46,397 nt of DNA from Kudoa neothunni (lineage: Eukaryota; Animalia; Cnidaria). The notes beneath the pieces were generated by a model. It did no database searches, was not told where the DNA came from, and saw only the letters and a list, made by a program, of their open reading frames with translations. The position numbers were made by a program, and so were the translations under genes. Of the stretch, positions 34,428 through 46,397 are shown one piece after another (the stretch's first letter is position 1; the number at the start of each line of letters is the position of its first letter). The stretch is from the NCBI GenBank assembly GCA_964304625.1, contig OZ199840.1:1633159-1679555 (forward strand). Direction: 5' to 3'.

Positions 34428-35966
34428 CGGTGTAATGGATAATTTTTATCACAGAAAATGTGTGACAGTATTATCCAAGAGTATATTTCAAATCCAATTC
34501 GGTAGTTTCCGTGAATTTAGTCAATTAATCTCGAGTGTTGGTTACGTATGTGGTAAGTTTCTCTCCCATAGCGTGAGTATTCACCGAGCACCCATTTTCA
34601 CACTAGACTCAACTGTGTGCTGACATGGCAACACATTGGAAGCCATTGTTTTGGAGGGGATTTCTAGGTGGTTTTAGGGGGTATTTTTTGGATAATAATG
34701 CTCGGCGTATTAGGTCACCATCATCGTTGTCATAATCGTTGAATTCTTTTCATTTACGTGCTTATACACATGAAACATATGTGCTTCAGCTTATTGACGA
34801 GTCATCGGCGACTCTTTTTTTCGAGTGATTGCTACCACAGCTAACCATCCGATCATTAGAATTTCTAATTCGGTTGATGTTTTTGTTTTCATGATTTCTA
34901 CTATGGGTTTAAAATTAAAGTTACATAAGCCGTTTGGTATTTTGGATGATGCTGGTTGTTTCGAATGGCTGCTACAATGGAGTTAGTGTGTGTGTGTATT
35001 TTATTTTGACTGTTTGAACTTAAATCTCAATTGATAAATTATAATTATTCTAATATTAAATTGCCTATTTGATTATTTAAACTATGATTTGGGACAATCA
35101 CAACACATTCAATGCATTATAAATGCTCCACAGGAAAATAGACTGGAGTTCGTCGGCAATCCAATATTTGATAAGACAATCGGTGCTGAAGCTGATAAAT
35201 AAATTACGACGATTTTCAAGTGCAGTTTAGGTTGCTAAGCTAATGTGTGTTGGTTTTTTTGGTTACTAATTTCAGTCAAAACTATTTGTATTTGTTGAGC
35301 TGTTATCATATCTCTACCAGACGGATTTTCTGGTAGATGGGATTGGTTTTATTTGGTGAGATTTTTAAGGTGATCATTAAATTGAGATTTATTTTATTAG
35401 AGGGGATCAACGATTATGATTATCTCGTGTTATAATCTTTTAATCTTATCCTCTCAGGTTTAACCCCGTGTCATTTCGCTAATCATCCAGTTAGTATACC
35501 TATATATACTTATATATTTGAAGATTATAATTAGATGAGCTGAGTACACAATTCAGAAGCTATAGTAATTTGCATTTTGCTAAATAAACTGGTTTTTAAA
35601 CTTCAACCGAAAAGTTCGATGATGGTCGGACTTCCACGGTTGGCGTAGCCACAAGGATTAGCAAAGCTAAAATATTTCATCTCGTTGGTAATTGATTTAA
35701 TTTTCGTTAGTTGACTTTGTATTGATAGTCATTTTAAAGCACTATTGTACAATTTTTGTGTTTTATTCAATTTTCTTACAAAAATAACATTTTCCTACTG
35801 AAAAATTAACAGTTGTGCTAGTGTGTGACACTAACACGAAATCACCTATTGTATTAATCACCTTTAATTATTTCAACATAACAAAACATATTTTCAGTAT
35901 ATTTCCGAATCAAAGATTGGAGCAAAATAAATAACAAGGAGTCACATGCTGTGGCTTAATCTAGAG

Positions 35967-37503
35967 TAGTGTCTCAATTTTTTAACGGGCTTCAAACTAG
36001 CTAATTTAACCGAAGAGGGGCCATGTGTATGTTAACCATGTATGCGTATATTTGTTATTATTTTTATGGAATAAGTTTGTAATGTCGGCTTTATTATAAC
36101 TAGAAATTTGGGAGGGGTTAATTTTTCAAGAGTCAAGTCTTCTCATTGACCCCCCTTAAATTTGTGTGTGGACCTCCTGAAGTTATTGCTTTAGATCGAT
36201 GTCTGAAAACATTGATCTAAAGCAGTGGTTCTATATAGGGGGGATGCGGGAGTCATTCTAGAATAATCTGAAAAATATGTTTATTTATTTTGCTTTACTT
36301 TATGAGTTTCTCAATTGAACTCGGCCCTTTTTTGGATCTGACCAAAATTCATAAGGGTTCCCTCGGAAGACGGAACTCGAAAAACTTACGCGTGTGCCAA
36401 AAGGGAGAAACTTAAGTCACCCCAGAGGTTTTTCAACTTTATTTTTTTGATGGGATAAAAAATTGATTTATTTGGTTATTACTTAATTTAAAATAAAAGT
36501 AACCGCTCGGAATGTAAAAATATTTAACCAACTATGACAAAAATATAAGCGATTCGTAGCCATTATTAAAAAAAATCGAGAATTAACAAGAAATTCCCCA
36601 AAAATATAGATTATAATTGTATAAAGCTACTAGGTAACTATTGGAAAACTCAAGTTTGACATTCAAGTGAATTTCTCAACTGAAAGGAACAATTGACAAA
36701 ATCGCCATAACAACGATATCCGAAAATTTTAGTCAATCTCATTTTACAATCGTGGTATTAAATCGTTGGAAAAGTTCCTTCCCTTCGAAAAATTACCTTT
36801 TCTGTTATAAGTTTAATTGTATGGTAAAAATCATGGATGATGCAAAAGTAAAAACCGATTTGGAACAAAATTAAATATTAATCGATCTATACTTTCAGAA
36901 TTAATATATCATCCAAGGCGGGCATGTCTTACAATAATCTCAGGAATATCTACAAACTATTCGGATTCTTCCGGTGGATAATAAAATCAAAAATTAGTCA
37001 TTCTCTTATTGTTTTTATTCATTTAAAAATTAATTTTTAGTTAAAATTAAATAAATAATAAATATATAAAAATAGAAATGTCGTAAATTAAAATAATTGG
37101 GGTTCCTAAAACATCCCGTCGGCTCCATAAGGATTAAACGTTAAAATCCTTCTCAAGCTACTGGAATATTAATTTTTAACCAAGAATAAGCGGAAAAGTT
37201 TGTGTATATATTTGGTTTATACTAATATTCACGATTAAATTACTTGATATGCTCGGAATATTTTTTTATTAAGAAATTATATTTTACGCTTGCGTATAAC
37301 TTTACTTTATCCATTTTTTAATAAATTAAATATTACCTTGAAGATTACATCTAGATTAAAATCAAATGTTGACATTAAACAAAATTGTTAAAAAATTTCT
37401 AATCATTAAAAGGGGAAACAAAAAAACATTAATTTAATATTTTTATATATCACACACATTCTAGAATAATTACTCCGCGAAAACTCATCCCTAGAAACCA
37501 ATG
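35967..37503. mobile_element. Cluster of degenerate hAT/Charlie-like MITEs
   Basis: NTCTARAN-type target sites ATCTAGAG (35959-35966) and ATCTAAAG (36215-36222) flank (T/C)AGTG... ends. The CAGTGGTTCTA...GCGGGAGTCATTCTAGAA end at 36223 has an inverted counterpart ending at ~37503. Confidence 0.45.
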
Positions 37504-37708
37504 AGCTTGGTTAGTTCCACTACCTGAGATTAATAGATGAGATTAATAAATAGATGAGATTAATAGAATGAGAGAATTGTGTCTCTAATCCTATTTTCTT
37601 AGATGACAAATAAATTCATTTAATTTTTTTATATTTTTTATGCGTTCGCTTCGCATTATCAAAGTACTTTATTAATTTTTTAAAAGGATTGTCTGTTCAT
37701 ACATATTA

Positions 37709-39585
37709 CAGTAGGTAACCGATTTTCCGTAATCCCCTTGGGACCGATGAAAAGTTACTGAAAACACGTCAGTGACGTATTTTCCGTAATTTTGTGCGTG
37801 CGCTTGGAATAAAAATTATAAGTATTTTAAGAAAATTTACATCATACCGTACATACTCACGTATTTTATCGAAGAGATATGCTATTTTATTTGGAGTTTT
37901 ATTTTTATATATGTACTTCGTAATTTTGTGATCTAAATTAATTAGTTCCTCTAGACAATCAATTCAATTCCTCTCTCTTTTGTGTATTTTTTTAGCGTGT
38001 TTAAACATTTAAATATATCTTTTGATGATATATATTCCACCACATCCTCATCTTCAGTTTCAGTATCACTACCATTTGAATTAGAAGATTCAACAATCGA
38101 AGGAGAAGGTTCGTCAAAGTTTTTCGATGTAGGGTAGGCATGATGGTTTCCTCTTGGATCATTTCAGAAATTTCAGCTGAATGCTCACACTCATCAGCTA
38201 CAGGAAACCCAGATTTTTTGAAGCAATTAAATACGGTATCCTTTGTAACATTATTCCACGATTTTTCAATTAAAAACATGGATTGAAGTAAATCTGGCGG
38301 AGATGGATTTATACCACTGCGAGCTGCAACAATATGGCTTTTTATCAAATTATTTTCGTAGTTTGATTTAAATGAAAAAATTATGCCCTGGTCCAAAGGT
38401 TGCAAAACGCTAGTTGAATTCTTTGGGAGGAATATAAGTGAGATATTCGACAGTTGAATTTCCGGGTGGCAAGTTGCATTATCGAGAAAAAGCAAAACTT
38501 TTTTGTTCTTCGTTTTAAACGAATTACTCAAATTAACAAGATATTTCTTAAATATCTCTCCCGTCATCCAAGCCCTCTTATTTGACTTATATTTTACTGG
38601 AAATGTTTTAACATTCTTAAAACAACGGGGGTTTTTGTAGTGTCCTATAACAAGAGGTTCAATGCGATCTCCAGACATAGAAGCACAAAGCAAAACGGTG
38701 ATTCTTTTTTTAGACTTTTTTTCTCGGTTGGAATTTGTCTCTAGTGACGAAACATAGCTTTTTCCTTAAAAATATTAATACATAGGCATTTAAAGTGATA
38801 TACCTCTCTGTTGCTGGTAAAACAGCGCAGTTTCGTCTAGATTGTAGATTGAGTCAACGTCATAACCTTTGACTAAGTTATTCAATTTTCTATAACACTT
38901 GATTCACATAAGCAGCATCGCCATGGAAAGTAATATTTCTTAAATTAAATCGTGATTTAAAACCACGAAACCAACCATGGGTCACCGCAACGTTTATGTT
39001 AATTTCTTGCGCCAATTGGTTCCTTTTATGTATGATATCGGGAGCAGATAATTCAATTTTTTTGATCTCAAGGAATTCACCCAGTCATACACTAAATTAT
39101 CGATATCGTTGTTTGAACCTTGCTTAAGATTTTTTTCTCTTAGAAGAGGCTAAACCCGTTTCATACGATAAAACTATATCTTCCTTCTTGCTCAAGATGC
39201 TGTCAAGAGTAGAAATGGAGGGAAGCTTAAATTTACTAACAGTAGTAGTTTCGGTACCTCTGTTAGGTGAACTTTCGAAGAACTTAATAATTTCATATTT
39301 TCCTTTGATAATTTATCTATTTTTAAGTTTACCAGGCATTATAGAAGTAAAAAAACACGCGATGGGAAATTCGCTTATAGTCGAAAAGTTACTGAAAATC
39401 GGTTAAGTGCAAAAAATAGGCAAAAAACGGTTTTCCAATGTTCAATTTTTTTTATTTTTACAGATTATTCTTAAAAAATACAAATAAAATCAAATATATG
39501 GTTGAAAATATTTAAATAATATTTTAAATGAAGAAATTCCAAAGTTACCGAAAATCGGTTACTACGGAGAACCGGTTACCTACTG
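37709..39585 (-). mobile_element. pogo/Tigger DNA transposon (DD29D), disrupted transposase
   Basis: TIRs CAGTAGGTAACCG(A/G)TT(T/C)TCCGTA flanked by TA. Motifs YNLDETAL, LFLDNATCH and LQPLDQGII. The N-terminal CENP-B-like part (~38700-39340) contains stops and frameshifts. Confidence 0.93.
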
Positions 39586-42189
39586 TATATCAAAATAAAA
39601 ATAATTAAAGCTGACCTATGATAATGATAGATTACTGATAGATTACAAGTAAAAAATTTCTTAATACTCGAAATAAAATTCAAGTATAATGTGTAAGACT
39701 ATATGTATTTCCAACTGGGGTATGGTTTTAAAATAAAAATTATAAAATAATATTCATTAATAGAGATTTTAATGTTTAAATATATATTTTAGTCAGAATT
39801 AATAAAATGATGAGTTCATTTGAGAAACCCATATCATATGAACTGGTGCTGTATGGTAATTGTTATGTATAAAAAGCCAGGCGTAAAATGTGCTATAAAG
39901 ATACCAACACATTAATTGACAATAATCGAACACAGGCCCGTTATTCCACAATATTGTTATTGTATATGGTTTTGGATATCACGCTAGTCGTGATATTATA
40001 AATGTAATACTTCCAATATACCTAATACTAATAGTAACAGTCTGTATTAAGCCTTTTAAACGTGGACTATCTTGCTTCTGTCTAATTTCTTGTACAATCA
40101 TAACGTTATAATCTTTTTAAGTAACATATTCATGTATTTAGGTTTTTCCTTATTTATATCTACTTCGGAACAATCTAAATCCTTAAAAATAAAACCACGT
40201 TGTTTTTTAATTTAATCCTGTGTCGAAATTTTAATTCCATAATTTTATCATTTAGTCGTTATTATATTTCCTTCCATACTTGGTGTTTTGAATTTGTATT
40301 TGGCTTTGATATGAATTTTAAATAAATTGTCATGAACAAAAATTATCCTTTAAGATCTTGGTACTGTGAAAATCGGAGCCTTCATTTATACGTTTAATTA
40401 AATAATGTCAAATTTATCAGTTATTTTTACACAAATACATTTAAGAGTCGTCTTTCTTTGATTTAATATCTTTTAACCCATTTCCCAAATATTTAAATTA
40501 GATCGTGACTCATTGTAGAATAAGGAAGTCGTTAAGTCTATTCATCACAAGGTAACATGCAAGGTGGGCTTCTTGTCTTTATTGTATACAAAAAATTAGT
40601 ATTGGAATTCGACAAATTCCGAAAACGATTTGGGTGTCTCATTAACCAAAAATACTCCACAATTTGAATTACTTATAAATATTTAATAATAAATTTTTTG
40701 AAAGGATATTATTTTAATGGACTATCTTGATTGTTTATTTTTATTTGGCATATTAAATTTTTCTCCTTTATGTACGGGGTATAATTCATAATTAGACAGA
40801 CGACCATAATTTTTAATTTTATGATTTAGTATTGTTTTTTTTATAATTTTTTTAAATATTATACAAAAAGTATAATGACACTTTATAATTGGAATTATTG
40901 GCAACTTTACGTAATAATGCTTTTATTTATGAGGGGATAAATAAAAGCTCCAATTGTAGAATGTTGAATCGTGAAGCGGGGGAACGATAATACCCATCCT
41001 TCATTATGAAATACGTAATAAAATGAGTTAAACACAAAAAATTTGTTGTTAACGTATACAATTCATGATTAGAAAAATTTTTAAATTTTAAACATGAATT
41101 AAAATAGTAAAAGGTATAATTTGGGGATTTTTTTTCGAATACATATAAAGTAATATTTAATCATGTCTTTCACGTAGAGGGGGAGGGTGTGGATGCGAGC
41201 GCAAAATATGTAAGGAAACATGTCCTAAGTAAACTTTTCGGGCTCCTGGAGATCCGCAGATCAACGGCTCAGAACAACTGCAATAGGTGCTTAATTTACA
41301 ATTTTGATACTATCAGTTTCAGACTATAACCTGCGATGAATAGAACTAGGCAACAATTTTTGTTAATTTTAATCTTCGAAGTAGCTAAAATATTTACACC
41401 CTTAAAATAAAAGTCAGCATTGACTGGAAAAATGTGAGGAAAATTCATCGAGTAAATTTTGAATAAATGACCAATTATTAAAGTTATATTCTATGTACGC
41501 ACGCGCGCTAAATAATTGTGTTATGTTCATATGGAGTATGATTGTGTTTATAGGTGTATTTCTGCGTTTTTTTTTAATTTTAACATTTAATTCAAGCATT
41601 GCAACTGCCACCAATTCATTTATCTTGTTTTTAAACAACGCAGTGTAAAAACCGCGCAAAAATCACAAAATTTGTCAAACTGTTGAACAATATATCACAT
41701 GTTTTTTGAATGCTACCTACAACACAGAACTAAGTAAATCGAGTAGGGGCCATCATATTTTAAATAACTAATATAAGAATAATGAGAGAATAAGAATCTA
41801 TCGCTGTATTCAAGGGAGGATGACGCTTATATCAATGTTGCGCATGTACACCACCTGTATAATGTTTCGTTATCTATTCATTATTTACTCAGTAGAATTT
41901 CCGTAGATTTTTAATAATCACATGTATTAATATTTTAAATAATTTTATTTGGAAGATGTTTCTACATTAACTTTTTTGATATAATGACAAAAAAGAATTT
42001 CAATTCATTTTTCTGAAAGCTTTCTTAGAGATAAAAGATCACAAAAAGTGAAGAAGAGTTATATTCCACTTATACATTATGGTATTGTTCGCGTAATTCA
42101 CTTGGGGTAGAAATCTACCCCATTTTATTTAGAAGGTTAAAGCGCTTACATAAAAGTAAATCTGTACAAATAGTCGAAAATAATTTGCT

Positions 42190-42690
42190 CTAAAGGTTGG
42201 ACAACTGAAATTGGAGCGAGGCTATCCTGGTAAGCTCTAACAATTCGTTGATGTCGGTCACAAGGGAGGATGAATTGAGAACAGCAACACAATCTACAAA
42301 AGCGTTATGTTTGACCAATCTTTTAAGTTCGAATCTCTTTTGTGCATAGACAATGTTGATATTTTTTCTTTCGGCTATCTGCTTTATATTGTTAATGGAG
42401 GAATAATTTGAACCGTGGTCGAGAATATCTGGAGCCATTATATATGAGCTTTACTTTGGGCACGCTTCATAATATTTTCAGTGTCTTTCAAAACCAACCA
42501 CTATTCGTCTAAGTAACAACAACATAACTAGGTTTCATCATCTGCATAAGACAAAAATACTTTGGAAGAGTTTTACATTGAACCTTATTCTTCATTTTCA
42601 TTCTGTCCATTGTTTCGTAATTACTTTAATTTTTGTAGAATATTATTACAATGTTTTAGAATTTTGTATGAAATTGTGTGAGTCACATAG
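42190..42690 (-). pseudogene. SECISBP2: SECIS-binding protein 2 (SBP2)-like L7Ae gene with four +1 frameshifts (pseudogene or sequencing errors)
   Basis: Removing intron 42509-42560 and four single extra bases gives YVTHTISYKILKHCNNILQKLSNYETMDRMKMKNKVQCKTLPKRIVVGLKDTENIMKRAKVKLIIMAPDI...INNIKQIAERKNINIVYAQKRFELKRLVKHNAFVDCVAVLN...ELLELTRIA. This is colinear with the SBP2 C-terminus as I recall it (YCSQMLS...DRMYQKDPVKAKTKRRLVLGLRE...IISPN...NIPFVFAL...KMVELTVAA). A further upstream exon may lie at ~42895-42960. Confidence 0.72.
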
Positions 42691-44430
42691 CTAAAAATTT
42701 GATTTACATTAATCAATTAATTCATGGAAGAACATAAATTAATATTTAGGTGACAGTAGATCAATTTAAAATTGATTGGGGATTAATTAATAATTCAAAA
42801 AATTGTATAACTCGTACAAAAATTAATTAGTAATTAGCTAAATACAAATAATATAATAAATTAAATTAAATTAATTGGTGTGTGAATCTCAATACTTCTA
42901 GAAGATGTCTTCGAGTGGATGCATTAACAGTGTTATTCGAGCGAGGAAACGAGTTTTACAGTAATTATAATGTATAAAGAAGTGATAATCGATCACATAA
43001 TTAAGACCTATTAATAAAAAAACCACTATATCAATTTATGTAACCTCAAGCATGTATCGAATTTGCCCAATGTATCTAATCCGGGAATCAAAATAACTAA
43101 AAATGGTGTACTTTTTCCCATTAGAGGCGAGTCTGACGTCCAAATTTTTTAACTGTCCCAACTAAATAAAATTCATAACAAAAAACGATCGGTGTTGCAT
43201 ACTATTGTTGGGGCAGGTCCTCATCGTCAGCCGGTACGGTACTAGGGTGTGTAAAAGATCACGTGACAATTTCTTAAAATCCCTAATTATTTTGTACTGC
43301 TAAGCTACAACCAAAACAAACCTCTTATCGGGAATGTTGTCAGGATATATATATATATATATATATATCACAAGTTATGTAATAAACTAAATATTAACTA
43401 CAATTATAAAAATACACACGTTTTATTGATAAATTTTAATTAAATAATTGATTTATGTATGTGACAATTCGAAGATAAATAATAGATAGGTGTCATTTAT
43501 ATTCGGCTTTATTTTGTTTATTTTCGATCCTAAGTGTGAATCTATAACTAGAAATAATCAAATATTGTAAATTGTAAAAAAATTGAATCTATATGGAGCA
43601 TGTGAATGAGAGTTTGTTGGATTAGAAAAAGCAATGATTTTATCTCAGGGAGCGATTTTCTCGAAAAAATATATTATTATAAAATTTTATCTTACAAATT
43701 ATATTTAAACAATTTATTTTTTTGTATAATTTTTGATTGAATTTATAAAAATTTCGTGTTTTGATACGTTCGACCACCTGATACCTGTTACAAACAATAG
43801 AAACATGTTTTCCACTATATAATAACATTTACGTAAATATTTCATTTCGAATAAAACAAAATAAATATTATTTTCATGCGAAATTTGGTACTCAATAGCT
43901 TTTAATAATAAACCATGGGAACATTTAATATGACATAGTTTATCATCAAGGGAGAAAAATCTAAAGAATCATTTATAATATTTGTATACTGAGAAATGTT
44001 ACTTTTTATAACACCAATCATCGTTAAATATCAACAGCTCGATCAGCTGCTAATCGATTTTTACTATCGAATGAATTGAATTGAGTTCTAATATCTAATA
44101 TTTTCAAACTCAGAAAGTATTTAATGTCCATTAGATGTATTAGATGTGCGGTTTAAATTAATAATAAAATAAATTTGTTTTATAATTATTACATTCCGAA
44201 ACGCTCAAAATAAAGAATGGTTTTATAGTCATTGAAATATTATTTTGATTACTCGGGACTTGACATATACGCCGAATTCTTAAATTTTCGTAATTGTTAA
44301 AAAATTATGAAGAAACTAAATTTTTCAGAGAATAGTTATAAAATATAATTTTCGAGAAATTCATTTCCTGAGATCGAGCAACTGTAACAAAGAAATTATC
44401 AATTATCTGAGATATAACCATTTACATTAA

Positions 44431-46397
44431 CCCATTCAGGGTGTTGGTTGCGTTTTCGCAACAAAATGTATTTGATTATATAACAACATATTAAAATTAT
44501 TATTTTAAATGTATTCTGTTATTTTAAATACCCAAACATAATAATTTATGGAAACAAATATTATTGGAGTTAATTCACATTTTAAGGTTGAACAAAATAT
44601 GATTTTATGTGCTATTTTGAAATTTCAACTAGACGAACACCAACTAGAGTTTCGCCAAACACAGATCATGAAAATCTTAGTAAAAAACATATCAACTGCC
44701 ATTTGTCATTTAATATCTATATATGATAATGAATAAATATTTATTTGTAAAAAACATGTGTTGCGAAAACGCAACGAAAACCCCGAACGGGGTAATTGTG
44801 CTCACTGTTTTAAATATCACTGTATAATGGAGCCAAAATCGTACATGAATCTTTTTTGATGCAATCAAAGAGTATGAAGATAACGAAAATCTAGAGTCGA
44901 TTGATTTTTGTGTTATTACCCCCTGAAAAAGTCGACGCTCTTACAGATACTGAGGATAATTTTGAATCCAATTTTAATGGCATATGTGACATCAATTTAA
45001 TTTCTGAGGCTCTTGAATCCTTCGTAAATGATGACACCTTGATATGGACTGATAAAACTAATGTCGATTCTACTAAAGAAAAATCAAAATTTTTATGTCA
45101 GAATGAGACTATATTAATCAATCGGAATATGGATAATTTTCTCATCAATACTTGAAAGGAACTTAAATTCTTATGGAACTTTTTTGGAGTTATTTGATGA
45201 AAATTTATTTTACACACATCGTGAAACAATCTAATTTATATGCGAGCCAGAATAAACAACCATGACTTTCATGTTACGATTAGTGAAATGAAATCATTTA
45301 TCGGCATTCTGATTTTGTCTGGTTATCATAGATTAGCACGCCAGTCTATGTATTGGGAATCTTCTCCAGACGCTGGTGTTGAACTCGTTAAAAGTTCAAT
45401 GACCTACAAACGCTTCAAATCTATAAAAAAATTCATCCATTTTAATAATAATTCAAATATTGACACCACCGATAGATTTTTCAAGGTACGCCCTTTAATT
45501 CAAGAATTTAACAAAAATTTCAAAAAATTTCGAATATTTGAAAAATATATATCTGTGGACGAGCAGATAATACCTTATACTGGCAGGCATTCCGCTAAAA
45601 TGTTTATGAAAAATAAACCAATTAGATTCGGCTTCAAGCAATGGGTTATGCCACCATCCTCCGGTTACATGTATAGTTTTGACGTGTATAGTGGGGAAAG
45701 TCAGCAAATTATGATAAAAAATATGGTTTGGGTGGTAGTAACGTAATCTTTGTTTTCGAATAAAGTAAAAAATGAGAAAGATCTTAATATTTTCTTCGAT
45801 AATTTTTTTACTTCTCATAAATTATTATAAGAGCTCAAAAGAAGAAATATCAAGGCTACTGGAACCTTAAGATCAAACAGAATATCAAATTGCCCTGCTA
45901 CTCCCCAAAAAGTAATGGAAAAAAAAACCAAAGGGAGAATTTGGGATGTTTTTTTGATGATCAACAAGATATTCATTGCAATCAATGGAATGATACAAAA
46001 CCTGTTATCGTAGTGAGTAATTGCTACACCGCTCACCCTCTCCAAAGCATCAAAAGATACTGTAGGTCGAAGAAAAAAGAAATTACTATTTGTCAGCCAT
46101 TTATGATATATGCGTATAATAAGTTTATGGGTGGAGTAGATATTGCCGATAATTTAATTTCTTGTTATAGAATTAACATAAAAGGAAAAAAATGGTATTG
46201 GCCCATTTTTACGAATATGATATCAATGGCAATAGTAAATTCATGGAGGATTTATAATATTGTAAATAACACACAAATTGACTTGTTGAAACATGTCAGG
46301 AATATAGTGACTGACTTGGTAACATCCACAAAAAACCAGCATTGTCCGAAAGTCTCTGTTGGATAAATTGCAGAACGCAAATCTATGTAATAAACCA
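44431..46397 (+). mobile_element. piggyBac (PGBD2/3-like) transposon with frameshifted transposase; runs off the window end
   Basis: Left end TTAA|CCCATTCAGGGTGTTGGTTGCGTTTTCGCAACA, with an internal inverted copy at ~44756-44796. Motifs SVDEQIIPYTGRHSAKMFMKNKPIRFGFK, FFDNFFTS and YNKFMGGVDIAD are split over several frames. Confidence 0.92.

Noticed and set aside
34067-34623. Plus-strand ORFs of 122 and 110 aa
   Set aside because: They overlap the minus-strand CRIB gene, whose spliced motif is much better supported.

Overview
This is AT-rich eukaryotic (animal-type) genomic DNA with very short spliceosomal introns (mostly about 36-65 nt). The ORF track therefore shows only exon fragments, and I spliced the gene models by hand. 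The style fits a compact-genome parasite such as a myxozoan, but that is inference only. Host genes: an intronless two-domain small heat-shock protein, a TRAK/Milton-like mitochondrial trafficking adaptor, a type I membrane protein of Cys-decorated FN3-like modules, an orphan secreted protein, a SEA-like/EGF membrane protein, a PPTC7 phosphatase, a putatively myristoylated CRIB-motif protein, and a frameshifted SECIS-binding protein 2 (SBP2)-like gene. Between them lie decayed DNA transposons: three piggyBac copies, a Tc1/IS630 DD34E element nested in one of them, a pogo/Tigger element, MITEs and Helitron-like pieces. The most striking unexplained signal is a ~600-nt non-coding segment (about 9066-9680) that folds into many consecutive G-U-containing stems with candidate pseudoknots and matches no RNA family I can recognise. 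A second ~140-nt structured segment lies at 29526-29668. All family assignments come from recalled motifs, not database searches.
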